Of a DNA stretch of 64,000 nucleotides, positions 1 through 11,304 are shown one piece after another. The position numbers and the translations under genes are program-made. Under the pieces are notes generated by a model, which had not been told where the DNA came from, searched no databases, and was given only the letters and a program-made list of their open reading frames with translations. Every line of letters starts with the position of its first letter. Position 1 is the stretch's first letter. The DNA is taken from NCBI RefSeq assembly GCF_009914755.1, contig NC_060928.1; one strand, written 5' to 3'. This DNA is from the human T2T-CHM13v2.0 reference genome, Homo sapiens.

Positions 1-1774
1 GAAACAGAAATCATAATATATTGACTCCATATTACCTAAAAAGAGTCAAAAGAAGCAGAAGTTCTCCCCCGATTCATCCTCTTGTTCCACAGACATTTTG
101 AAAATAAAAGAAGACAAAATAGAAAGGAAAGGGTGTGAGAAAGAACACAGAAATGACTTGAACGATTTCAAATCCTTATTAAGCATCACTGAGGTTGCAT
201 TTTACCCATTAGACTGACTGAATTTAGTTCTCACTGCTCAGACCTTGCAAAGAAACTGGACGTACATGGTTTTGCCTTCCAGGGTTGATCTAGAACTGTA
301 AGGGTGCATGTGAATGTGGGTATGCATGTGTGTGTGCTTTAAGTCCATTTTATAAACACTGACACAAGACAATTCTCATCATTGGTAATAGTCTTTGGAG
401 TCCAATCATGCAGAAAAACAGGCAGGTGCAAGTTAGGTCTCATTGCAAGATGGACATGGCAAGGTGAACAGATAATCCTACATAAGGATTGGGAGATTTG
501 TGTCCATTAGAATATACTGGCCATTGGTCCCACATAAGTAAAGTTACATATACAAGATTCTATATATAAACAGAGGCCCCTCACTTCAGTTTGGCTGACC
601 AAAGAAACAGGTCAAAGTGAGCCATTTTCAGATAGTTAAAGGACTAAGTACCAAAAGAAATAACAAAATCTTATCCTCTAATCACAAAGAAAATAGCTAA
701 AATAACTATTTACATTGCAACTTTTTTGTTGTTTTTACAGAGAGGAGTTTCCTTGCTTGGCTTAATGATATCTGTGGAAAATGTTGAACTCTTATAATTA
801 AAATGTGTGTGGGGGATTGTGAGTGGGGAGTTGGGTTCCTCTTTGGATGCAAAGTGGCTGAGATCAAAAATTTCTAGAGCAATTTTACTCCTCTTTCTGA
901 GCTGTAGAAGAATACATTTTTCAGCAAAGCTGGCTAATAACATGCCTTACAGAGCATAATGCACTTAAGATGTGGCTTTTCATATGTTAAGAGATTCAAA
1001 TCGAAATAGATTTTGTATAATTTAGGTTTTGCAATGAATATTTACAATTTTAAAACAAATCAAGTTTGCTTATTTTTTTTTCCTTGACAGGACATAAAAG
1101 GTTTTACATATTTTTATCTATTTTTTACTAGTTCCATTTACTAAGGCCAACTTTCAGTTTTACCAGTCAGCTGCTATCAGTGTCTTTAGATAATATTTTT
1201 CTGATAACAGATTGAAAAAACTATCGAGCTTCTTAACCCTCAATTAAATAGCTTACTCCAATTGGTGGGAACTGGCCAGGCTCTGGTCCAACTGTTGGGT
1301 ACATTCCTACAAAACTCAGTCATCAGATTCTTGAAGATGAAAGGTTATTATCAGTTTTTATTCCACAAGAAGAAATTCCGTTGTAAGGCTAGTGTATTCC
1401 TATTTAAAATTGAACACGCTGACCCACAAAACACATATAAAAATAGTAAAGACATATTAATAGTAAAGTGGTGGCGGTTTTGCCAAACTCTTGCAGCAGT
1501 TTAATTTTCCCTGCACATGAGTACACAGCCATCCTTCCTACAAAATACTGCAAACTATTTTATTAAGGATCACTGCAAACCAACTGCCCCAAAGGAAGCC
1601 TAACAGAAGGTTAGGCTCCTCAGAGTGCCAACTTCATGTTCCAAAATGAGCCCCAACCCCAGGTAGAACCTTCACTTTTTTTCAGGAATATTGTCCAGGT
1701 GACTTGACACTTGCCTACCGGAAAAGTTGGGATGTTCTTGGGAAATAACAGGTGACTATTTAAGAAATATTTGG

Positions 1775-1798
1775 GGTGTGTGTGTGTGTGTGTGTGTG
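1775..1798. repeat. (GT)n microsatellite
   Basis: Pure GT run seen directly. Confidence 0.95.
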
Positions 1799-2594
1799 TT
1801 AAGACAGACAAGTGAATGCAGAACATATTATATTCTGTGAATTTGATAATATCATCACCTCCTAGACATATTATAGGAAAGCAGACCTAGTGGGCAAAGG
1901 ACTGGGGGGCTTTTACAGTGGTGATTCTCTTTGTTGTTCCATCATCTGCCTTGCTTTAATCACCTAATAAAACTGATCCTGCAAAAATTCTGGGGGCCAA
2001 ATCCTTACCTCTATTTGTAAATGATACTTATATTCAAGGAATTTGTTCCATTTTTCTCTTGTCCATAAGGGAAATCTGGCTAAAGCTAACCAGCTCCCAA
2101 GAGCCATGCACAGAAGATGTAAGACTAATTGAGCTTTGGGAAGGTACTAACAGCGGGGGAGGGGCCCTGTCTAGTTCTTGCCTGGTTTACTCTGAGGGGG
2201 AAATTCACCACTTATGCAGGTACGAGAGATAGCCTGTCAAGCACTTTGAAGATGCTGGCTGGAGACTTCCTTCTGTCTTGTGATGTCATCTTGCGGCTGA
2301 TGAAATTCCCCTTGAGACTCTCTTTAAAGCAGCTTCCTGCTCTCCGCACTTAATCCCATGTGGTATAAAGTAAGGGAGGGGAGAAGCCACAGATATATCA
2401 AGAGAAAAGTACCGAGAAAGAAAATCAGTAAAGAATTAGAGATACAGAGAGGAGAAGTTTTTAAAAAAAAAAAAAAAAAACAGGAATATGAAAGAGAGGG
2501 AGCTCAAGTGACTGAGGAGGCATTTTTAACAATCAGGTTATCTGCAATATTAACCAGAAAAAAAATGGTAGCAAAATAGAGAAAATGGGCCATT

Positions 2595-2600
2595 TTTATT
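2595..2600 (-). terminator. MAPK10: Candidate polyadenylation signal AATAAA (more distal 3' UTR site)
   Basis: TTTATT on the + strand. On the minus strand it is followed by U-rich sequence (TTTTCTCTATTTTGCT...TTTTTTTCTGG). Confidence 0.6.
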
Positions 2601-3827
2601 CCAGGGGACAAGCTGCACAAAGGAATGTTCTTCTATTTATTTTAAACAAATGACTGCGTGTACTGAATCTGACTGTGTGAAATAATCTCAGAATGGCAGC
2701 ACCACTGGCATGGCGATGGTGCAGGTGGGTGCAGTTCCCTGTGGTCTCTATTGCTTGAAGAGAGAAAGAAAGTTCCCTATTATTATATTTAAGGCAGTTT
2801 TCAGAGCACTGGCATTCTTGTTTGCTCTGTTTTGGGGATATTCTATTTGCCAATCAGTTCACACTCATCAACCATCCACTTCCTGTCTTTCACTTCTTCA
2901 GGTGAAATATCACCACTCTAGTGAGCACCAACATGGTCAGAGTGCAAATAACTGTGATGGATACTTCGAAGTGAATAAGAAGGGAAGCCTGATTATTGCT
3001 GAGATCACCTTGGTATTGCCTTGTACATAACCAAGATGTTTCACAGTGCCTCCTTAAGTGCTCAGGAAAGCACTTTCATTTAATTTAATTTAAGCTAAAT
3101 TCTGGAGATTTTGCTAAACATTGACATTAATGCTTCATGGCTTTTAAGACAAACTCATATTGCTAAAACTATTTGGCAGCAGTAAATTTATGGGCAGAGT
3201 TATTGCTCTTACATCTACTGCAGTACAAAACTCAGATGATCAGCCCTTCGATTGCTCATACTTATTAAAATAAATAAATAAACATGAAACATCAGCCACA
3301 TTAAGGAGTCAGGGAAACTCCTGAGGAATAACAATGTCTCTGGAGATGTTTTCAAATGCTAACCTGAGACTCACACTGTGGTTTGGGGGTTTCATTATTA
3401 TTATTATTATTTTATTTCAGAAGAGGAAAGTAATATTATTTCTCAAAATAAAACTTTGGCAGAGTATGAATCAGGGAAGCAGCCCACACATGGAAAACAC
3501 AATCCACAATCTGAAAGTAGTCTAGGCAGGCTCATTTTTTTGTTGAAGGAATTCACATGGAGGCAATTCTGCTCAGTTCCAGAGAGAGATTCTTATCATC
3601 AAAAGCACACACAATAACCTTGCTTCACCACCTGCCACTTTCTCCAGTGGCCTCTTGTTGTGACCAGTAATTGAGAAATGACAAATGGGTATAGAGCCAA
3701 ATCTCTAAAACAGGGACACCAGTGTCTCCTAGTATCTGGGTAATAACCTCCTTTCAGTCTTAGTCCACACCACACACTACCCTCCAGTCTCTCCTACTCT
3801 TTACTGTCACAGAAAAGACTCTCAGCT

Positions 3828-3833
3828 TTTATT
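3828..3833 (-). terminator. MAPK10: Candidate proximal polyadenylation signal AATAAA
   Basis: TTTATT on the + strand, with a GU-rich element (GTAGTGTGTGGTGTGG) about 50 nt downstream on the minus strand. Confidence 0.45.
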
Positions 3834-4583
3834 CACACCTGCCTTCAGAAGGCCAAACCATTTTGTGCCTGAAAACTGTTACCCACTCGCCCCACACTTT
3901 ACATAAGTATCACATATGTTCTTTCTACAAATTGGTATACAGGTGCCATTTAATCCATTCAAATTTGGAAGCTACATCTTCAAGGGTCTGAGAGAGCTCA
4001 CTCCCCCCATATATTCCCCCTTTACATGTTTTCTTATAAGACATACAGTTTAATCAATTAACAAACTAAACAGCTTATATACTGGCAATATATTACAGAT
4101 GGGTTTATGTCAGAGTAATAGATCACATGAAATGGACCATGTGGTACCCCAGTGCATTATGTCTTGGTAGAGCCCTGAGGACACTGACAGTAGCATCTCT
4201 AAGTAAGTAGTGCTGTATGAATACAGACACATGCGGATCTGTATCTACATCCATCTGACTAGGCCAAGGAGCAGGTAGATGCAAGATAGAGACACACACA
4301 TGCTGGATGGGGCCACTGCACACCTTGTCATGCCATTTAAAAGGGCAGTTACAGGTTGCCGGTTTTGCAGCCATTAAAATTACACTTTATGGAAAAGGCT
4401 TCTCTAATTGTGTCTGATTTGCTTTCTGTAGTAAGCATCATTGGAAGAAGACCAAAGCAAGAGCAACTAGAAGTTAAATATACATTTGAGCTTAGCTGCA
4501 ATACAGAACCCTGGGGAAGAAGCAGGCTGAAAGATTTATTTAATTTTAGGCTTGGATTCTCTCCCTTGCTGTTTTCTTGATGT

Positions 4584-4630
4584 TGTGTGTCTGCATTTGT
4601 GTGTGTGTGTGTGTCTGCGTGTGTGTGTGT
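4584..4630. repeat. Imperfect (GT)n / (CA)n tract just downstream of the readthrough stop
   Basis: Interrupted GT repeats seen directly. Confidence 0.85.
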
Positions 4631-4639
4631 TCCATCACA

Positions 4640-4681
4640 TCATCTCCTGAAGAACGCTGGGTTTCGCAGGCAGGCGGCTAG
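4640..4681 (-). CDS. MAPK10: Stop-codon readthrough extension of long JNK3 (X-LAACLRNPAFFRR*)
   Basis: TGA at 4684-4682 is followed by CTAG, then 13 sense codons and an in-frame TGA at 4642-4640. MAPK10 is an established UGA-CUAG readthrough gene. Confidence 0.85.
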   Translation of the reverse strand, partial: LAACLRNPAFFRR

Positions 4682-4824
4682 TCACCTGCAACAACCCAGG
4701 GGTCCTGCCGAGGCTTCCAGGCTGCTGTCAGTGTCAGATGCCAGGGTCTGGTCGGTGGACATGGAGGAGATGTCATTGACAGACGAGGATGGAGGGAGAC
4801 TCTCACTGCTGTTCACTGCTGCAC
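4682..4824 (-). CDS. MAPK10: MAPK10 terminal coding exon, long (p54-type, alpha2) C-terminus (G)[46 protein letters not shown]
   Basis: Distal acceptor CACAG|GT (AG at 4826-4825). 143 nt in frame with the 78-nt exon. Matches the JNK3 C-terminus. Confidence 0.97.
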
Positions 4825-4829
4825 CTGTG
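4813..4829 (-). CDS. MAPK10: MAPK10 terminal coding exon, short (p46-type, alpha1) C-terminus (A)QVQQ*
   Basis: Proximal acceptor TTCTTAG|CACAG adds 5 nt and shifts the frame to GCA CAG GTG CAG CAG TGA. This is the known JNK short/long splice switch. Confidence 0.95.
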
Positions 4830-5138
4830 CTAAGAAAATGAAGACCAACATGACTCAATCTAGAACCAGACCCATCTTAATGCCATTCAGGATTCAGGGA
4901 TGGGCAAATACAATAGGGGATGTCCAGTCCATCAATCATTTGGCAAGCCTTTATAGAGCAGCTGACATAGGGGAGCATATCAAATGGTGACAATCAAGAC
5001 ATAGCAATAAAAAGTCCTTCATCACAAGTTATCAAATCTCACTCTATATTTGAAATCACCTGCAACACTTTCTATTAAAAAACACTAATATCTGGTCACA
5101 TTGCCTCCCCTGCCCCCACTGCACTGCATATATTTTAA

Positions 5139-5475
<337 letters not shown>

Positions 5476-7374
5476 GCATTTGCATTTTTTAAAAGCTCCT
5501 CAGAGACTGTATTCAGCCAAGCATTGAAAGCCTCTGGCTTATGCAGGAGACAAATAAGCAAAACCCCTTAATGGAGCCATCTGAGCCTGGTTGTTTTTAA
5601 TGCAGGGAGCTTTTAAAACAAACATATGCAAGGGTCCTATCCCAGAAATAGAAGCTGAAGTGAAGTTCAGAAATCTGAATTACTTGGGGACCACATCTCT
5701 AGAGAAAGGAAGATATATAAATACTATTATGTCATCATTAATGACACCAAACTTAAAATGCATATAGAAAAGCCAGTAGGACATAAGTAGGACTGTTGAT
5801 GAAAGTTACAAAAAAAAAAAAAATAGGAGAAGCCTTAGCACAGCTTTTGCTTATGAGCTAACTCTCCAGCAGGCTTGCTTACCTGGGATCTCCAAATAAG
5901 AACTCCAAATTATTAACTTAGATTAACTTGAAAAAATTGTTTATCTGTTATGCGGGAGTATAAGGTTGAAACCCTGAGAAGAAACCTGCCCATGGTAATC
6001 ACTCAGTAAAGGCTAGCTGAGTTGCCAGTAGCTTTGAGATCAACAAAAGAAAGATGAACCAAAGGCATTGTGCGATACAATTAAACCAGAGCACCCTGGA
6101 AACAATCCATTTACTTTTTTTCTTTGTATATTCTTTATACCTAAGCAATCTGAGTGGTAACACACTTGCTTTGTGAAATAGCTCGCTATTAAAAATCTGT
6201 AGTATAGTCCCCTAATCAAATAAGAGATGAGGAATTCTCACTAAAATTATATCTTATTTGAGCAAATATAGTGTGCAAGATCTATTTGGTGAAAAATAAT
6301 AACTCCAAAGTCAGTTATAATAGTGTTATCACATAGACCTAATAAATCAGAAAGACAAAATAAAACTAAATTAAGGAAGGGGAGTGGTTAACATAATCCT
6401 TGCTCCTGGAGTAGACATTTCTTGCCTGTGAGAAAAGTGTGATGAAAATGTATCAGTTATCTAGAGAGGACACAAACACCTAAACTAAGACAGATCACCT
6501 GTATCTTCCATGTATTTTTAAGTTGTATTTGTTGACTATAAATATATGGACGTACTCTATGGGAAATGTGAAAAAATATAGGAAATAAAGATAATGATAT
6601 GCACCGATCTTCAAATAAACGGTAAGAACTGTTAAACTTTTCATATATTTCTTCCCGGTCATTCTTTTTGCCTGGAAGTTTCCCTGGTCGTGATCTTTTA
6701 ATATGTATTTTTTTGGGATCTTGATATTTTTATATACAGAAAAGCTTATGAATTTTTCATGTTCTTTAAACTCCTAAAAATACCCATCCTTTCTAATCTT
6801 AAATGTCTCTAGAAAAGGTTTTTAAAGTCCTCCTGTTATTGTCTTTCTGTAAATAATTACTCTATCAGGACAATGTATAAAGTTATAATATTCCATAATA
6901 TTCCAACTTTGAATGGCTTTAATTTATTCCAACTTTACTTAATTATATCCCCCATAGCTATGGTACAGAGCTGGTTCATTTCCCCTCATGATAAGATTTT
7001 ATCTCCTAGCAGACAGCCCTTGGTTCCTTTACATTGCCCAAATGCCCTGCTCTGTTTTTCACCCCCGATTCTGGATTAAATTATACCAATATCCTTCATA
7101 TTCTTTCATAAGTTGCTAATAATTTAGTGTCACTATGATGGACTCCTCAGAATTCTCTTCCATTTATCCACACTCTTATTAAAAGACAGAGATTAAAACT
7201 GGACACAGGACTCTATTATAAAGGCCTGATCAATTGTGAGCCTAGCAGAGGGAAATTGCTTTTTTCTTACTATTTGTCTGCTGGATGACATATCCCTAGA
7301 CTATGGATGCCTTTCAAATTATGGTGCTACAGCTTAATTTAGTTTTGACTTGAGGTATAGAATGATGCTCATAT

Positions 7375-7964
7375 ATTTTTTGTAACAGCTTTATTAAGAT
7401 ATAATCCACATATATAATTAAGAAATTTAATTTTCATGATTCAGTGTTTTTTAGTATATTCACAACATTGTGCAGCCATCACCACAATCCATTTTGCAGC
7501 ATTTCATCATCCCTAAAGAAAACCCTGCACTCCATTCCTCACCTACCCTGTAGCTCTAGGCAATGACTCATCTACTTTTTGCCTCTATAAAATTGCCTGT
7601 TCTGAACATTTCATGTAAATGGAAGCATATCATATGTGATCATTTATGACTGGCCACTTTCATATAGCAGAATGTTTTTAAGGCTTATCCATGCTGTGGC
7701 ATGTATCTGTATTTCATATCTTTGTATGGCTGCATAATATTCCATTGTATGGATACATCACATTTTGTTTATTTATTAGTTGATAGGCATTTGATGGATA
7801 TTTAGGTTGTTTCAACTTTTTGGCTATTACAAATAATGCTGTTATGAACATTCATGCACGAGTTTTGTATGGACATGTGTTCATTTCTCTTGGGTATACA
7901 CCTAGAAGTGGAATTGCTGGGGCATAGAGTAATTCTAGCTTTAACACTTGAGGAACTGACAAAC
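7375..7964 (-). mobile_element. Old L1M (L1MB-like) 3' portion, interrupted by LTR12C
   Basis: Degenerate L1 3' UTR and ORF2-end sequence that continues seamlessly after 9627. Confidence 0.8.
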
Positions 7965-9626
7965 TGTGTCCGGAATTGGTGGGTTCTTGGTCTCACTGAC
8001 TTCAAGATTGAAGCCGCGGACCCTCGCGGTGAGTGTTACAGCTCTTAAGGTGGCGCGTCTGGAGTCTGTCCCTTCTGATGTTCAGATGTGTTCGGAGTTT
8101 CTTCCTTCTGGTGGGTTCGTGGTCTCGCTGGCTCAGGAGTGAAGCTGCAGACCTTCACGGTGAGTGTTACAGCTCTTAAGGCAGCGAGTCTGGAGCTTTT
8201 CGTTCCTCCCAGTGGGCTCGTGGTCTCACTGGGGTCAGGAGTGAAGCTGCAGACCTTCGTGGTGAGTGTTACAGCTCATAAAAGCAGCATGGACCCAGAG
8301 TGAGCAGTAGCAACATCTACTGCAAAGAGCAAAGAACAAAGCTTCCACACTGTGGAAGGGGACCCAAGTGGGTTGCCAATGCTGGCTCGGGCAGCCTGCT
8401 TTTATTCTCTTATCTGGCCCCACCCACATCCTGCTGATTGGTAGAGCCGAGTGGCCTGTTTTGACAGGGTGCTGACTGGTGCATTTACAATCCCTGAGCT
8501 AGATACAAAGGTTCTCCACGTCCCCATCAGATTAGATACAGAGTATCAACACAAAGGTTCTCCAAGGCCCCACCAGAGCAGCTAGATACAGAGTGTGGAT
8601 TGGTGCACTCACAAACCTTGAGCTAAACACAGGGTGCTGATTGGTGTGTTTACAAACCTTGAGCTAGATACACAGTGCCGATTGGTATATTTACAATCCC
8701 TGAGCTAGACATAAAGGTTTTCCAAGGCCCCACCAGAGCAGCTAGATACAGAGTGTCGATTGGTGCACTCACAAACCCTGAGCTAGACACAGAGTGCTGA
8801 TTGGTATGTTTACAATCCCTGAGCTAGACATAAAGGTTCTCCAAGGCCCCACCAGAGCAGCTAAATACAGAGTGTCGATTGGTGCACTCACAAACCTTGA
8901 GCTAAACACAGGGTGCTGACTGGTGTATTTACAATCCCTGAGCTAGACATAAAGACTCTCCACGTCCTCACCAGACTCAGGAGCCCAGCTGGCTTCACCT
9001 AGTGGATCCCGTACCAGGGCTGCAGGTGGAGCTGCCTGCCAGTCCTGCGCTGTGCGCTCGCATTCCTCAGCCCTTGGGTGGTCGCTGGGACTGGGCGCCA
9101 TGGAGCAGGGGGTGGTGCTCGTCGGGGAGGCTCGGGCTGCACAGGAGCCCATGGAGTGGGTGGGAGGCTCAGGCATGGCGGGCTGCAGGTCCTGAGCCTT
9201 GCCCCGCAGGAAGGCAGCTAAGGCCCGGCGAGAAATCGAGCACAGCGCCGGTGGGCCGGCACTGCTGGGGGACCCAGTACACCTTCCGCAGCCACTGGCC
9301 CGGGTGCTAAGTCCCTCACTGCCCGGGGCCAGCAGGGCTGGCTGGCTGTCCCGAGTGCGGGGGCCCGCCAAGCCCACGCCTACCTGCAACTCCAGCTGGC
9401 CCGCAAGCGCCGCACGCGGCCCGGGTTCCCGCTCGTGCCTCTCCCTCCACACCTCCCTGCAAGCTGAGGGAGTGGGCTCCAGCCTTGGCCAGCCCAGAAA
9501 GGGGCTCCCACAGTGCAGTGGGGGGCTGAAAGGCTCCTCAAATGCCGCCAAAGTAGGAGCCCAGGCAGGGGAGGTGCCGAGAGCAAGCGAGGGCTCTGAG
9601 GACTGCCAGCACGCTCTCACCTCTCA
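7965..9626 (-). mobile_element. Solo LTR12C (ERV9 LTR), same orientation as MAPK10
   Basis: Minus strand begins TGAGAGGTGAGAGCGTGCTGGCAGTCCTC and ends CCACCAATTCCGGACACA. 4-bp TSD AAAC at 7961-7964 and 9627-9630. GC-rich U3 and internal tandem repeats. Confidence 0.95.
8400..8950 (-). promoter_or_regulatory. LTR12C U3 enhancer/promoter: tandem repeats with 7 CCAAT (NF-Y) boxes, GATA motifs and the AATAAAA TATA-like box
   Basis: ATTGG seen 7 times on + between 8437 and 8882. TTTTATT at 8400-8406. Matches known ERV9 LTR architecture. Confidence 0.75.
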
Positions 9627-11200
9627 AAACTGTTTTCTAAAGTGGGTGCACCATTTTACATTACTACCAGCAGTATATGAGGATTCCAATTTCTCTACAT
9701 CCTCACCAACACTTATTATCTGTCTTTTTATCTAGCCATCCTAGTGTGCATGAAATGGTATCTCATTGTGGTTTGATTTGCATTTGCCTGATAGCTAATA
9801 ATGTTGAGTATATTTTTTCATGTGCTTGTCAGCCATTAGTATATCTTCTTTGGAGAAAGTTTACTCAGCTCCTTTGGCCATTTTTTAATTGCTTTATTTT
9901 CTTTTTATTATTGAGTTGTAAGCTCTTTAGCTCTTTCTTCCTTTCTTTCTTGCTTTCTTTCTTCTTTATTTCTTTTTTTAAGGACAGGGTCTCAGTCGCC
10001 CAGCCTGTAGCACAGTGGCATAGTCATGTTTCACTGTATCCTCTAACTCCAGGGCTCAGGCAATTCTCCTGCCCCAGCCTCCCAAGTAGCTAGGACTACA
10101 GGCACATACCACCACACCTGGCTAATTAAAAAAAAGATTTTTTGTAGAGACAGGAGCTTGCCATGTTGCCCAAGCTGGTCTCAAACTCCTGGCCTCAAGT
10201 GATCTTCCGATTTCTGCCTCCCAAAATGCTGGGTCTACAGGCATGAGCCACTGTGACAGGCCTGTAAGAGCTCTTTATATAATCTGGGTACAAGTTACTT
10301 AATGAGATATGTATTTTCAAATGTTTTTCCTCTATGCTATGGTTTATCTTTTCATTTTCTTGAAGGTGTCTTTTGAAGCACACATATTTTTAATTTTTAT
10401 GAAATAGCATTTATCTGTTGTTTCTTTTATCACTTGTGTTTTAGTGTCATATCTAATAAACCATTTTCTAATCCAAGATTATAAAAACTTACTCCTATGT
10501 TTTTGCCTAAGAGTTTTATAATGTTAGACCTTATACTTAAGTCTATGATTCATTTTTAGTTCATTTTTGTATATGATATGAGGCAGGGGCCCACCTTCAT
10601 TCTTTTGCATGTATATATCCAATCATCCCAGCACCATATATTGAAAAGGCTATTCTTTGTCCATGTCTTACATCCTTATCAGAAATCAATTGATCATAAA
10701 TGTAGGTATTTATTCCTGGACTCTCAATTTGATTCCGTTGATCTATTTGTGTATCTTCATGCAAATAGCACTCTGTCTTGAATATTGTAGCTTTGTAGTA
10801 AGTTTTGAAATCAGAACATGTAAATTTCCCAGCTGTGTTGTTTTTCAAGGTTATTTTGGATATTCTGTATCCTTTGCATTTCCACACAAATTTTAAGATG
10901 GGGCTTGTCAATTTCTGCAAAAAAGACAGCTATGATTTTGATAAGTATTGGCTTAATCTGTACATCAATTCGGGGAGTATCTGTCATTTCTTGACAATAT
11001 TAAATATTCTAATCCATGAGCAATGAAATGTTTTTCCAGTTATTAGATCCTCTTTAATTTCTTTCAACAATGTTTCGTAGTTTTCAGAGTACAAAACTTG
11101 TACTTCTTTTGCTAACTTTATTCCTAAATATGTATTTCTTGATGCTATTCTAAATGGAATTGTTTTATGTTCATTGCTAATGTGTAGAAATACAATTATA
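9627..11200 (-). mobile_element. Old L1M ORF2 3' region (continuation), interrupted by an Alu
   Basis: ORF 10597-10920 shows degenerate ORF2 motifs (DFKTYYKAT, QIDQRNQIESP). Confidence 0.85.
9931..10262 (-). mobile_element. Alu (AluJ-like) with CT-rich tail
   Basis: Diverged dimeric Alu sequence. Confidence 0.9.
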
Positions 11201-11263
11201 CTGAGGACTTATTTGAATAAGAAGTTTCAGTGTCAGTGGATTGGATGTTAAAAACAGATCAAA

Positions 11264-11266
<3 letters not shown>

Positions 11267-11298
<32 letters not shown>
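11267..11298. repeat. (AT)n microsatellite
   Basis: Pure AT run seen directly. Confidence 0.95.

Positions 11299-11304
<6 letters not shown>

Larger units (their letters stand above)
1..4681 (-). other. MAPK10: MAPK10 3' UTR region of the terminal exon (distal end not determinable; may extend beyond the window)
   Basis: Lies downstream of the stop at 4682-4684. No Alu or L1 recognised. Contains several minus-strand AATAAA hexamers and (CA)n tracts. Confidence 0.75.

Noticed and set aside
700-4580. Short ORFs within the 3' UTR region
   Set aside because: 60-106 aa frames, many with non-ATG starts, no recognisable homology and no splice support.
4682-4684. UGA as a selenocysteine codon (GCCR-UGA)
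   Set aside because: No SECIS element recognised. The CUAG context already explains recoding as standard readthrough.
4587-4841. 84-aa plus-strand ORF over the terminal exon
   Set aside because: Antisense shadow of the MAPK10 CDS with a non-ATG start inside a GT repeat.
8435-8950. Regular repeat array superficially resembling CRISPR
   Set aside because: These are the internal U3 tandem repeats of LTR12. There are no unique spacers or cas genes, and the DNA is eukaryotic.
8943-9735. Long ORFs of 225 and 178 aa
   Set aside because: They lie in the GC-rich U3 of LTR12C, where stop-poor frames are expected. No protein homology recognised.
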